Under the pieces are notes generated by a model. That model searched no databases. It saw nothing but the letters and a program-made list of their open reading frames with translations, and was not told where the DNA came from. Shown here one piece after another: positions 52,596-62,664 of a stretch of DNA of 64,000 nucleotides. How positions within the stretch are numbered: position 1 is the first letter of the stretch; each line of letters opens with the position of its first letter. Origin of the DNA: an uncultured Acidobacteriota bacterium (GTDB lineage: Bacteria; Acidobacteriota; Terriglobia; Terriglobales; Acidobacteriaceae). Where the stretch lies: the NCBI GenBank assembly GCA_963696635.1, contig CAVOKX010000014.1, positions 256,234 to 320,233 on the forward strand. The letters are read 5' to 3'. The position numbers and the translations under genes were made by a program.

Positions 52596-54959
52596 ATGGC
52601 TGACGTAAACATTACCGTGGATGGCAAGAAAGTCATCGCTCCGGCTGGGACGCTGCTGATCGAGGCTTGCAAGCGCGTGGGCATCGAGGTGCCCTCCTTC
52701 TGTTACTACCCCAATCTGTCGCTGCAGGGCGCTTGCCGCATGTGTTTGGTCAAAGTGGAGAAGATGCCCAAGCTGCAGACCGCGTGCACCACGGTGATCA
52801 GCGAAGGCATGGCGGTCACGACCGAGAGTGACGAAATCCGGCAGGCCCGCAAGAGCATGGTGGAGATGCTGCTCGGCAATCACCCGCTCGACTGTCCGGT
52901 GTGCGACGCGGGTGGCGAATGCGAATTGCAGGACATGACTTTTTCCTACGGCGCCGCTGAGTCCAAGTACATAGACGCCAAGAATCATAAGGAAGAGCAG
53001 CAGTGGTCGCCCGTGGTCTTCTTTGACCGGCCGCGTTGCATCTTGTGTTATCGCTGCGTTCGCGTATGCGGCGAGGGCATGGATGTTTGGGCTCTGGGCG
53101 TACAGAACCGCGGCGTCAGCTCGATCATTGCCCCCAATCAGGACGACCATCTCGAATGCGAAGAGTGCGGCATGTGTATCGATATATGTCCAGTCGGCGC
53201 GCTGACTTCCGGCGCGTACCGATACAAAACTCGTCCGTGGGAAATGAAGCATGTAGGCACGACCTGCACGCACTGTGCCGACGGCTGCAAAACCACGCTG
53301 GGCGTGCGCCGATCTGATACCGGCATGGAGATTGTGCGTGGGGACAATCGCGACAAGAGCGGGATCAACGGCGATTTTCTTTGTATCAAGGGCCGATACG
53401 CCTTTGATTTCGCGCATCACCAAGACCGGTTGACACAGCCATTGATCCGCAAGAATGGGCGCTTGACCCCATCCACTTGGGAAGAAGCGTTTGAGTTGAT
53501 CGGGAAACGGTTCCGCGAAATTTGCGATCAGGTTGGTGGACAGGCGATTGGAGTGATCGGTTCCGCTCGCACTACCAATGAAGAGAACTACTTGCTGCAG
53601 AAGTTCGCTCGCGTGGTGCTCGGAACTAACAACATCGATCACCATCGCACGGCCGATTTCCCTGCTTTCGCGGCAGCGCTCGCGGGCAAGCCGGAAGCCA
53701 CTGCCAGCATGCGGGACGTTTTCAATGCGCCTGCAACCTTGCTGATCGGCAACGATCCCACGGAGCAGCATCCGTTGCTGGCCTGGCAGATTCGGAATAA
53801 TGTCCGGCTGCACCGGGCGCGGTTATACGTGATCAATTCGCAGCCCATTAAGCTGCGCCGGCAAGCGGCCAGCTTCTTTCAGATTCCCGCGGATTCAGAA
53901 GGGAAAGTGATTGCGTTTTTAGCGGGTGATGATGCCCACGTCAACGCAATCGCCGGGGCACAGACCACCCGCGATGCCTGGATCGCCCTACGCGACAAAC
54001 TGCGTAGCGAATCCAACCTCGTCATTATTTTTGGCTCGGAGGTCCGGGCCAACGACATCGCTTCGGCAGTGAAATTCGGTTCGGGTATTCCGGGCGCAAA
54101 ACTTGTCTGCCTGGGAGATTACGCCAACTCGCGCGGCGCCGCTGACATGGGACTCTACCCGGACTTGCTTCCCGGCTATCATCCGGTTTCGGATACGGGC
54201 AAGTTTCACGAAGAGTGGGGCGGCGTGCCACAAGCGCCAGGCTTGACCCTGCTTGAGATGGTGGAAAGCGCGAAAGCCGGCAAGCTGAAGGCGTTTTATG
54301 TGGTAGGCGCGAATCCCGTGGAGCAGGCCAGCATTGATCCTTATGCCTTCTCAAATAGCTTTGTGGTGGTGCAAGACATGTTCCTGACCGAAACCGCCGT
54401 GATCGCGGACGTTGTTTTACCGGCCGCGAATGCGTACGAGAAATCGGGAACATTCACTAACACCTGCGGTGATCTGCAACTGCTGAAAAAGGCGGGCGAG
54501 GTGACGGGAACGAAGTCGGATTTCGAAATGATTGTTCGGATCGCCGGGGCGATGGGTTTCGACGTTCGCCGGTTAGTACCGTTTGGGCGGGGAACTGGCG
54601 CCGACATGGGGCAATCGCGGGGCGCGCAATCCGGCGAGGCGGACCGGCACGCAGTGTGGCTCGAGGCCCATGGACTCGAACCGAAGATGAGCCCGTTCGA
54701 TCCCATGGCGATTCTGGATGAGATCCAACGGTTGGTCCCGGGATACGATGTTTCACGCGTGAATCTCGTGTCGGGCAACGATCAGCGTACAACTTTGTCC
54801 CGCAGCGGGCCCGGGGCTTTGCACAATCCGGAGTTGATCGTGCCCGCTCAGGATAATCTTTTCAGTTCGGGTACCTTGGGCCGTTATTCCCGCACCTTGA
54901 ATTCGGTAATTGAGAATCGTCATAAACAGCCAGCGGAGACGGAAGTCGCCGCCGACTAG
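52596..54959 (+). CDS. nuoG: NADH-quinone oxidoreductase subunit G
   Basis: 787 aa. 'CYYPNLSLQGACRMCLV', 'HPLDCPVCDAGGECELQ', 'CILCYRCVRVC', and a molybdopterin-oxidoreductase-like C-terminal part. Confidence 0.9.
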   Translation: MADVNITVDGKKVIAPAGTLLIEACKRVGIEVPSFCYYPNLSLQGACRMCLVKVEKMPKLQTACTTVISEGMAVTTESDEIRQARKSMVEMLLGNHPLDCPVCDAGGECELQDMTFSYGAAESKYIDAKNHKEEQQWSPVVFFDRPRCILCYRCVRVCGEGMDVWALGVQNRGVSSIIAPNQDDHLECEECGMCIDICPVGALTSGAYRYKTRPWEMKHVGTTCTHCADGCKTTLGVRRSDTGMEIVRGDNRDKSGINGDFLCIKGRYAFDFAHHQDRLTQPLIRKNGRLTPSTWEEAFELIGKRFREICDQVGGQAIGVIGSARTTNEENYLLQKFARVVLGTNNIDHHRTADFPAFAAALAGKPEATASMRDVFNAPATLLIGNDPTEQHPLLAWQIRNNVRLHRARLYVINSQPIKLRRQAASFFQIPADSEGKVIAFLAGDDAHVNAIAGAQTTRDAWIALRDKLRSESNLVIIFGSEVRANDIASAVKFGSGIPGAKLVCLGDYANSRGAADMGLYPDLLPGYHPVSDTGKFHEEWGGVPQAPGLTLLEMVESAKAGKLKAFYVVGANPVEQASIDPYAFSNSFVVVQDMFLTETAVIADVVLPAANAYEKSGTFTNTCGDLQLLKKAGEVTGTKSDFEMIVRIAGAMGFDVRRLVPFGRGTGADMGQSRGAQSGEADRHAVWLEAHGLEPKMSPFDPMAILDEIQRLVPGYDVSRVNLVSGNDQRTTLSRSGPGALHNPELIVPAQDNLFSSGTLGRYSRTLNSVIENRHKQPAETEVAAD

Positions 54960-55071
54960 GCCCTGGTTAAAGCATTCTCTTAGTGGATTAGTGCGCGGGC
55001 GAGACGCCTCCGCGACAGCCGGCGGGACGCCGGAGTTGCAGTCTTACACATAGGTCAGGAAAGCAACCGCG

Positions 55072-56112
55072 TTGAGCCTTGGCGAATTCATTCTCGTTTC
55101 CATCATCAAGATCGTGATCGCACTCGCCGTGCTGCTCACGGGGGTCGCCTACACGGTGTGGCTGGAGCGCAAGGTCGTGGGTCACATTCAGAACCGCTGG
55201 GGACCCACGCGCGTCGGGCCCTTCGGCCTGCTGCAACCGCTGGCGGACGGAGTGAAGTTTATCTTCAAAGAAGATCTGATACCGCCGCACGTGTTCAAAC
55301 CGCTATACATCGCGGCGCCGATGATTGCGTTAGTTTTTGCCCTGACCTCAATCTCGGTCATTCCCATCGGCAACTGGATTACGGTTTTCGGAATCCACAC
55401 GCCGCTCGAGATAACTGATGTCAACATTGGGCTGCTCATTGTCCTGGGCATCACTTCGTTAGGCGTGTACGGGGTGGCGCTGGCTGGGTGGTCTTCGAAC
55501 AGCAAGTATTCGCTGCTGGGTGGATTGCGGGCCAGCGCCCAAATGGTGAGCTACGAAATCTCGCTGGGTCTCTCGCTGGTGGGCGTTCTCATCCTGGCCG
55601 GCAGTTTCAGTCTGCGGGATATCGTCGATGCGCAAGGGGGGACATTTTGGGGATTCATCCCGCGCTGGAATATTTTTCAGGGACAAATCGTGGCGTTTTT
55701 TATTTATCTGATGGCGGCGTATGCGGAAACCAATCGGGTTCCGTTTGATTTGCCGGAAGCGGAAACTGAACTGGTAGCCGGATACCACACTGAATACAGC
55801 GCCATGAAGTTTGCCATGTTTTTCATGGCGGAATACGCCAACATGATTACGGTGGCATGTTTGGCGACGTTGCTGTTTCTAGGAGGCTGGCATGGGCCTC
55901 ACCGGTTCGGGCCACCCTTTGTGCAGGCAATCTTGCCCGTGTTCTGGTTTGTGGTTAAGGTATTCGCGTTTTTGTTCCTTTATATATGGGTGCGCGGCAC
56001 ATTGCCGCGTTTTCGTTATGACCAGTTGATGGCATTCGGATGGAAATTTCTGTTACCGCTGGCCATTGCGAATCTGGTCATCACAGCTTTAATTGTGGCG
56101 TTGAGGGCGTAG
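55072..56112 (+). CDS. nuoH: NADH-quinone oxidoreductase subunit H
   Basis: 346 aa, TTG start. 'WLERKVVGHIQNRWGPTRVGPFGLLQPLADGVK', 'GWSSNSKYSLLGGLRA', 'PFDLPEAETELVAGYHTEYS'. Confidence 0.95.
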   Translation: MSLGEFILVSIIKIVIALAVLLTGVAYTVWLERKVVGHIQNRWGPTRVGPFGLLQPLADGVKFIFKEDLIPPHVFKPLYIAAPMIALVFALTSISVIPIGNWITVFGIHTPLEITDVNIGLLIVLGITSLGVYGVALAGWSSNSKYSLLGGLRASAQMVSYEISLGLSLVGVLILAGSFSLRDIVDAQGGTFWGFIPRWNIFQGQIVAFFIYLMAAYAETNRVPFDLPEAETELVAGYHTEYSAMKFAMFFMAEYANMITVACLATLLFLGGWHGPHRFGPPFVQAILPVFWFVVKVFAFLFLYIWVRGTLPRFRYDQLMAFGWKFLLPLAIANLVITALIVALRA

Positions 56113-56124
56113 TCCAATAACAAC

Positions 56125-56661
56125 ATGCTTCATCTGATCGTATTTTCGGCGTTTGGGTTGGTCTGCGTTGCCGGCGCAGTCAATTTGCTGGTGCAGCGGC
56201 ATCCGATCAACAGCGCGCTCTCGCTGGTAGTCGTGATGGGTTCGCTCGCCGTCGAATATCTACTCTTGGGCGCAGAGTTTGTAGCTGCGGTGCAGGTGAT
56301 TGTCTATGCCGGGGCCATCATGGTGCTGTTCGTCTTCGTCATTATGCTCTTGAACGCCGGTGAAGAAGATCGCACCAAAGGCAGCCGGGTGGCCATGCTG
56401 TTTGGAATTCCTGGCATGCTGATTGGCAGTGTGCTGGTGGCATGGGTTCTGCTGGAAAAATCAGGGTCCGGAAACGTAGCGGTGGGGGCGCTTCCTGGAC
56501 CTCCGAAAGTGATTGGATGGTTGCTTTTCCACGATTTCCTGCTGCCCTTTGAAGTGACATCGGTGCTGGTGTTAATCGCGATCATGGGCGCGGTAGTTCT
56601 CGCCAGCCATCCGGGATCTGTGCAACAAGAATCGGCGCAACCCGACAAGAGGGAGGTCTGA
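56125..56661 (+). CDS. nuoJ: NADH-quinone oxidoreductase subunit J
   Basis: 178 aa, polytopic. 'GAEFVAAVQVIVYAGAIMVLFVFVIMLL'. Follows nuoH after 12 nt. Confidence 0.85.
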   Translation: MLHLIVFSAFGLVCVAGAVNLLVQRHPINSALSLVVVMGSLAVEYLLLGAEFVAAVQVIVYAGAIMVLFVFVIMLLNAGEEDRTKGSRVAMLFGIPGMLIGSVLVAWVLLEKSGSGNVAVGALPGPPKVIGWLLFHDFLLPFEVTSVLVLIAIMGAVVLASHPGSVQQESAQPDKREV

Positions 56662-56963
56662 TGGTACCGCTCTCGTATTATCTGGTCCTGAGCGGCATTC
56701 TGTTTGCCTGCGGCGTGACTGGGTTTCTGATAAAGCGAAACATCATCACCGTCTTCATGTCGATTGAACTGATGCTCAATGGCGTGAATTTGTCATTCGT
56801 GGCCTTCGCGGCGCAGTGGCATGCGCTCAGCGGACAAGTTTTCGTGTTCTTCGTAATGGTGGTGGCGGCTGCGGAATCGGCCGTGGGTCTGGCAATCATT
56901 ATCGCGCTATACCGCACGCGAGGAACATTGAACGTAGATCGGGTGGACCTGCTCAAACTATGA
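56661..56963 (+). CDS. nuoK: NADH-quinone oxidoreductase subunit K
   Basis: 100 aa. 'MSIELMLNGVNLSFVAF...VVAAAESAVGLAIII'. Confidence 0.9.
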   Translation: MVPLSYYLVLSGILFACGVTGFLIKRNIITVFMSIELMLNGVNLSFVAFAAQWHALSGQVFVFFVMVVAAAESAVGLAIIIALYRTRGTLNVDRVDLLKL

Positions 56964-58966
56964 CGCCAAACCTGCATCTGTGGCTGATTCCGGTGCTTCC
57001 CCTGATTGGCGCTGCAATCAATGGACTGTTGGGGAAGCGCTTTTCCCGGCAGACCGTGTCGGCGATCGCTCTTGGGTTTTGCGGCGCTGCGTTCGTGATG
57101 GCGCTTTGGATCGCATCCCAGTTTTCTGCTTTGCCTCTGCTGGAGAACCTGGCCCCATGGATTCGCGCCGGCGACTTCCAGGTCGACTTCGCGTTTTACC
57201 TCGATCAACTTTCATTGGTGATGCTGCTGGTCGTGACTGGTGTTGGCTTCTTGATTCACATTTATTCCGTCGGCTACATGTGGGAAGAAGGTGGGTTCTA
57301 CCGGGTTTTCAGCTACTTGAATCTGTTTATGTTTTTTATGTTGACGCTGGTGCTGGCCAGTAACTATCTGCTGATGTTTATTGGTTGGGAAGGCGTGGGG
57401 CTGGCGTCCTATCTGCTCATCGGATTCTGGTTTACCAAGGATTCAGCAGCGTCTGCCGGCAAAAAAGCATTCATCGTTAATCGCATTGGCGACTTCGGTT
57501 TTTTGATCGCGCTGTTCTTGATGATCAAACATTTCGGCTCGCTGAACTTTGTGCAGGTGTTTCGAATCGTATCCGGTATGCCGGTCGAGGTCGCGGGCGC
57601 GGGGTTGCTGACCGCGATCGGTCTGCTGCTGATGGTAGGGGCTGCTGGAAAATCCGCTCAGCTTCCTCTTTATGTTTGGCTGCCGGACGCGATGGAAGGC
57701 CCAACGCCGGTTTCCGCCCTAATCCATGCGGCGACGATGGTCACGGCAGGGGTGTACATGGTGGCGCGGTCGCATGTGATTTTCGACCGGGCGCCGCAAG
57801 CTTTAATGGTGGTCGCGATCGTCGGCACGCTAACGGCTTTGTTCGCTGCGACTATTGGGGTCTGCCAGACGGACATCAAGAAAGTTCTTGCCTACTCCAC
57901 GATTTCGCAGCTGGGTTACATGTTTATGGCCTGTGGCGTTGCTGCGTATTCTGCCGGAATTTTTCACCTGATGACCCATGCGTTTTTCAAGGGACTGCTG
58001 TTTCTAGCCGCGGGCTCAGTGATTCACGCGGTAGGTGGCGAGCAGGACATGCGCCGTATGGGCGGTTTGCGACAGCACATTCCGTGGACCTTTTGGACCA
58101 TGACGGCGGCGACTTTTGCCATCGCCGGATTTCCGCCGTTCGCGGGATTCTTCAGCAAAGACGCGATTCTTTGGCGGGCTTACGCTAGCCCTTATGGAAG
58201 CTGGGTCTATTGGCTCATCGGCGTGTTCACGGCTTTTTTGACCTCGTTTTATATGTTCCGGCTTTGGTTCCTCACTTTCTTTGGCGAGTATCGTGGTGAA
58301 GCGCCGCCAGGTCATGGCGATGAGCATATTCAAATGATCGACTCGCGGGCGGAGGCGCCCGCGCCACATGGCCACGGAGGCATTCACGAGAGTCCCACGA
58401 TCATGCTGGTTCCGCTGGTAATTCTGGCGGTGCTATCGATTTGTGGTGGTTGGGTGGGAAGTGAGCGCTTCGACAAGTTCCTCTCGCCAGCGCTTCACTC
58501 CGGCGTGACCGCGTATTCGGCTGAGGAAGCAACCCCTGCAACTCCCGCGCCGGAACCGAAAGAGCAAGGTGGTTCGGAATCCCTGCTTACCGCGATTTCC
58601 GTGCTTGCTGCGGCTTCGGGATTATTTCTTGCCTGGCTGCTGTATCAGCGCCAGCCGCAGTTGCCGCAGGAGATTGCGCACGCGTTGGGCCGCTTTTATG
58701 AAGCGGTCGTCCACAAATATTACGTAGATGAGATCTACGCGGCTGTTTTTGTGAAGCCGCTTATCGATGGCTCGACTCGCATTTTGTGGCATGGCATCGA
58801 TCGTGACGTAATTGATGCGACGCTGGATAACAGCGCCGAGGGCGCCCGCGAAGTTTCAGACGCCGTACGCCACATGCAGTCTGGCAATCTTCGCTCCTAT
58901 GCTGGATGGATCGCGGCGGGCGCGGCTGTGGTGATCGCTTACATGATCTGGATGGGAATGCAATGA
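56960..58966 (+). CDS. nuoL: NADH-quinone oxidoreductase subunit L
   Basis: 668 aa from the ATG at 56960 (ATGA overlap with nuoK). 'GWEGVGLASYLLIGFW', 'KSAQLPLYVWLPDAMEGPTPVSALIHAATMVTAG'. Confidence 0.9.
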   Translation: MTPNLHLWLIPVLPLIGAAINGLLGKRFSRQTVSAIALGFCGAAFVMALWIASQFSALPLLENLAPWIRAGDFQVDFAFYLDQLSLVMLLVVTGVGFLIHIYSVGYMWEEGGFYRVFSYLNLFMFFMLTLVLASNYLLMFIGWEGVGLASYLLIGFWFTKDSAASAGKKAFIVNRIGDFGFLIALFLMIKHFGSLNFVQVFRIVSGMPVEVAGAGLLTAIGLLLMVGAAGKSAQLPLYVWLPDAMEGPTPVSALIHAATMVTAGVYMVARSHVIFDRAPQALMVVAIVGTLTALFAATIGVCQTDIKKVLAYSTISQLGYMFMACGVAAYSAGIFHLMTHAFFKGLLFLAAGSVIHAVGGEQDMRRMGGLRQHIPWTFWTMTAATFAIAGFPPFAGFFSKDAILWRAYASPYGSWVYWLIGVFTAFLTSFYMFRLWFLTFFGEYRGEAPPGHGDEHIQMIDSRAEAPAPHGHGGIHESPTIMLVPLVILAVLSICGGWVGSERFDKFLSPALHSGVTAYSAEEATPATPAPEPKEQGGSESLLTAISVLAAASGLFLAWLLYQRQPQLPQEIAHALGRFYEAVVHKYYVDEIYAAVFVKPLIDGSTRILWHGIDRDVIDATLDNSAEGAREVSDAVRHMQSGNLRSYAGWIAAGAAVVIAYMIWMGMQ

Positions 58967-60477
58967 GCAACGCGCTGGACAACTCGATGCTCACGCTAGT
59001 CACGTTTATTCCTTTGGCGGGCGCACTCTTGCTCCTGCTGTTTCCCCGGCGCGACCGTGATATTCGTCTGTTTGCTCTTGTGGTTTCGCTGCTCGATTTT
59101 GTTCTGTCTCTGCACCTGCCAGTCCATTTTCAGCGTGGGCAAACCGCATTTCAGTACGAGGTGAATAACCTTTGGATTTCGAATCCCAATATCCACTACC
59201 ACATGGGCGTTGACGGTGTATCGATGTGGCTGGTGGTGCTGACCACGTTTCTCACTCCGCTGTGCGTTCTGATTTCCTGGAAGTCGATTCATGAGCGGGT
59301 AAAAGAGTTCTTCATTTTGTTGTTGGTTCTGCAGACCGCGCTGATCGGCGTCTTCGTGGCGCTCGATTTATTCCTGTTTTATTTTTTCTGGGAAGCCACG
59401 TTGATCCCGATGGCTTTGCTGATCGGCATTTATGGGCACGAACGGCGCGTGTATGCGGCGGTGAAATTCTTTCTGTACACCATGGTCGCGTCGATGTTCA
59501 TGCTCGCCGCGATCTTGTGGCTGTACGCAAAGACCGGCACCTTTGATTTCGTCAGCATTCAGACCGCGATCAGCAATGGCCAAGTCGGGAATTTTACTGC
59601 CGCCGCGCCCTGGCTTTTTCTCGGATTCTTTGTCGCGTTTGCCGTGAAAGTTCCCGTTTTTCCGTTTCATACCTGGCTCCCCGACGCGCACGTGGAAGCG
59701 CCTACGGCAGGCTCGGTTCTGCTGGCCGGCGTTCTGCTCAAGATGGGCACGTACGGCATGTTTCGCTTCAATCTCGGCCTTTTCCCCGAGCAGTCGCGGA
59801 GCAATGCCTGGTGGATTATGGTGCTGGCGCTGATCGGCATCGTTTACGGCGCACTGGTCGCAATGGTGCAGCCGAACATGAAAAAGTTGATCGCGTATTC
59901 TTCGATCAGCCACCTGGGTTTCGTAGTTTTAGGCATTTTCAGTTTCACGCAAATGGGCCTGGACGGCGCCACCTTCGTCATGCTGGCACATGGAGTTTCC
60001 ACAGGTGCCCTGTTCATGCTAGCGGGAATTCTTTACGAGCGGCGGCATACTTATGAAATCGCCGAATTCGGCGGCCTTGCTACCCCGCTGCCGGTCTACG
60101 CGACGTTTTTTCTGTTCATCGTGCTTGCGTCCGTAGGATTGCCCTTGCTCAATGGCTTTATAGGCGAGTTCCTGGTGCTGAGCGGGGCTTTCCGCGATCG
60201 CGCGGTTTACGGTGTCCTGGGCGCAACCGGCGTGATCTGGAGCGCCTGCTATTTGCTCTGGATGTATCAGCGCGTCTTTTTCGGCAAAGTCACCCACGAC
60301 ATTAATCTGTCACTGCGCGATCTTAGCGGACGGGAACAGGCTGCGCTATGGCCCACAGCAATCGTTGCTTTGGTGATGGGCGTGGCGCCGGTGCTTTGGC
60401 TGAATGCGATTGATCCTGCCGTACAAACTGCATTGACGCCGTTCGCGCAGCTTGCCAGCAAGATGGTGGGCCGGTGA
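58963..60477 (+). CDS. nuoM: NADH-quinone oxidoreductase subunit M
   Basis: 504 aa from the ATG at 58963 (ATGA overlap). 'FFWEATLIPMALLIG', 'PFHTWLPDAHVEAPTAGSVLLAGVLLKMG'. Confidence 0.9.
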   Translation: MSNALDNSMLTLVTFIPLAGALLLLLFPRRDRDIRLFALVVSLLDFVLSLHLPVHFQRGQTAFQYEVNNLWISNPNIHYHMGVDGVSMWLVVLTTFLTPLCVLISWKSIHERVKEFFILLLVLQTALIGVFVALDLFLFYFFWEATLIPMALLIGIYGHERRVYAAVKFFLYTMVASMFMLAAILWLYAKTGTFDFVSIQTAISNGQVGNFTAAAPWLFLGFFVAFAVKVPVFPFHTWLPDAHVEAPTAGSVLLAGVLLKMGTYGMFRFNLGLFPEQSRSNAWWIMVLALIGIVYGALVAMVQPNMKKLIAYSSISHLGFVVLGIFSFTQMGLDGATFVMLAHGVSTGALFMLAGILYERRHTYEIAEFGGLATPLPVYATFFLFIVLASVGLPLLNGFIGEFLVLSGAFRDRAVYGVLGATGVIWSACYLLWMYQRVFFGKVTHDINLSLRDLSGREQAALWPTAIVALVMGVAPVLWLNAIDPAVQTALTPFAQLASKMVGR

Positions 60478-61940
60478 ACAACGCCACCGATTTAACGCAA
60501 GTAATTCCCCAGGCGGCTGACTACGTCCGCATCTTGCCGGAAATTGTGTTGGCCATTTTCGGCATGATTGTAATGGTGCTCGATCCCCTGATGGACGAGC
60601 GTCGCAGCCAAAAGACACTCGGAGCTCTTGCGCTGGTCGGATCCCTGGCTGCATTGATCGCAACCTTGTTCCAATCGCAATATCCGGGCCTGGGATTCTG
60701 GAACATGGTGCGGGTTGACAGCTTCAGCGTGTTCTTCCATTTTCTGGTCGAGGCGGTAACAGCTGTCGTAATCCTGACTTCTTACGAATACATGGCGGTG
60801 CAGGGAATTCGCGCCGGCGAATATTACGCGTTGGTTTTGTTTGGCGCACTCGGCATGAGCTTGATGTCCTCCGCGGTGGAACTGGTCCTCATCTTTATCG
60901 CGCTGGAAATTTCTTCGATTTCCACTTACATCCTCGCGGGATTTCGCCGGCGCGCCGCCATCAGTAGCGAGTCGTCGGTCAAGTATTTCCTGCTGGGTTC
61001 GTTTGCAACGGCGTTTTTTCTCTATGGCGTCGCGCTGATGTTCGGGGCCACAGGCTCGACCAGCATTACCGTAATTGGCGATGCTCTTCGCTCCGGGCAT
61101 ATCCCAATCCTGGCCTACGTTGGAGTTGCGCTCATGTTTGTGGGTCTGGGTTTCAAAGTGGCGGCGGCTCCGTTCCACGTCTGGACGCCCGACGTCTATG
61201 AAGGCGCACCCGCGCCGGTTGTTGGATTCATGTCCACGGCTCCGAAGGCAGCGGTGTTCGCGGTGCTGCTGCGAATCATGTTTGAGGCTGACGCTCCCGG
61301 ACGTGTCTGGTTGATCTGGATTGTGGCCGCACTTTCGATGACTTTAGGCAATCTTGGCGCGCTGGTGCAGGACAATGTGAAGCGGCTCCTGGCGTACTCT
61401 TCCATCGCTCACGCAGGGTACCTGTTGGTTGCGTTTGCATCGCTGCCCAACAATGGCATTCCGGCAGCAATGTTTTACACTGCCTCATACGCCGCAATGA
61501 ACGTCGGAGCGTTCGCTGTGATCAGCCACATCGGCGGCGAGGGTGAACGGTACGTGACGCTGGAAGACTACGAGGGACTGGGACGCCGCAGTCCGTTGCT
61601 GGCGGCGACGCTCACAATTTTTCTTTTGTCCTTGATCGGCATTCCAATTACCGGCGGTTTTTTCGCCAAGTTCTACGTATTCAGTGCGGCGCTACAGGCT
61701 AATCTGGTCGGGCTGGTGATTATCGGCGTGCTCAATAGCGCGATAGCTTCTTACTATTACCTGCGGCTGATCGTCGTAATGTATATGCGGGAAGCGCGCG
61801 AAGATTTGCCCCTACCACGTATTCCATTGGGACTTGGAACAGCCCTGGCGATTAGTTTGGCGGCAACCATTTATCTCGGCGTCCTTCCCGGACGGGTGCT
61901 CGATTATGCCGCCCGCACCGCAGCCGAGTGGGCGCGCTAG
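60474..61940 (+). CDS. nuoN: NADH-quinone oxidoreductase subunit N
   Basis: 488 aa, GTGA overlap. 'KVAAAPFHVWTPDVYEGAPAPVVGFMS', 'AYSSIAHAGY'. Confidence 0.9.
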   Translation: MNNATDLTQVIPQAADYVRILPEIVLAIFGMIVMVLDPLMDERRSQKTLGALALVGSLAALIATLFQSQYPGLGFWNMVRVDSFSVFFHFLVEAVTAVVILTSYEYMAVQGIRAGEYYALVLFGALGMSLMSSAVELVLIFIALEISSISTYILAGFRRRAAISSESSVKYFLLGSFATAFFLYGVALMFGATGSTSITVIGDALRSGHIPILAYVGVALMFVGLGFKVAAAPFHVWTPDVYEGAPAPVVGFMSTAPKAAVFAVLLRIMFEADAPGRVWLIWIVAALSMTLGNLGALVQDNVKRLLAYSSIAHAGYLLVAFASLPNNGIPAAMFYTASYAAMNVGAFAVISHIGGEGERYVTLEDYEGLGRRSPLLAATLTIFLLSLIGIPITGGFFAKFYVFSAALQANLVGLVIIGVLNSAIASYYYLRLIVVMYMREAREDLPLPRIPLGLGTALAISLAATIYLGVLPGRVLDYAARTAAEWAR

Positions 61941-61953
61941 CCAACTCGTCCGC

Positions 61954-62664
61954 TCACTCCACCGCGACCGCAATGTCCACATACGCAAAAATCCGAGCCG
62001 AAAGCAACCAGAACGCCAGCGTCTCGGCTCCCGCCAATAAAACCGGGAGCCAGGCAGCAGTTCCCGGGGAACTGAAAGAAGAATTGATCACCGTAGCTCC
62101 GAGTTCCCACACCGGTATTACGTACCCCCATTGTGGCGCAATGATCTGACCCGCGAGAGCCGGAAGGCCTAAAACGATTGCTGTGGCCCCAGCGGCGAAG
62201 AAAGGGTTCAGGAACGTGGAAAACATTAGAGCCACTGTCCCAGCCAATGCGCACGCGGCAACCAGGCAAACCATAAGAAACCAGACCTGCGCGATGGGAA
62301 ACCCTGCCCCACCCAATGTCCAACTCCCGGTCATGCCGAGAGCGAAGCAATAGACCGCGCAAGCAATAGTTACGCCCAGTACCAGCCCCGAAAGATACTG
62401 CTGGCGTCCCACGGCCTTGGAAAGTACGCCCAAAATTCGGCGGGATCGGCGCTCGTTGTAGATGGCTGAACCGCCGAAGAAGACGCTGAACGCCAGCACG
62501 TATACGGCATCCTGTTTGAACACAAAAAGCAGGTCTTCCCGTTGCCGTTGAATATCGGTAACCAGCCCGAGAAACGCGAGCAGCAGGACCCAGAGCAGCA
62601 GAGTGAGAATGGGCCAGCGCTGCTCCCGCGCAAAGTTGATCGCAATCAGTAGAACGGCCTTCAC
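61954..62664 (-). CDS. ABC-2-type transporter permease
   Basis: 236 aa with about six TM segments. Overlaps the upstream ATPase gene by 4 nt. Confidence 0.6.
   Translation of the reverse strand: MKAVLLIAINFAREQRWPILTLLLWVLLLAFLGLVTDIQRQREDLLFVFKQDAVYVLAFSVFFGGSAIYNERRSRRILGVLSKAVGRQQYLSGLVLGVTIACAVYCFALGMTGSWTLGGAGFPIAQVWFLMVCLVAACALAGTVALMFSTFLNPFFAAGATAIVLGLPALAGQIIAPQWGYVIPVWELGATVINSSFSSPGTAAWLPVLLAGAETLAFWLLSARIFAYVDIAVAVE

Noticed and set aside
52533-53813. 426-aa minus-strand ORF
   Set aside because: It is antisense to nuoG, whose Fe-S motifs are unambiguous. No motifs were seen and the composition is biased.
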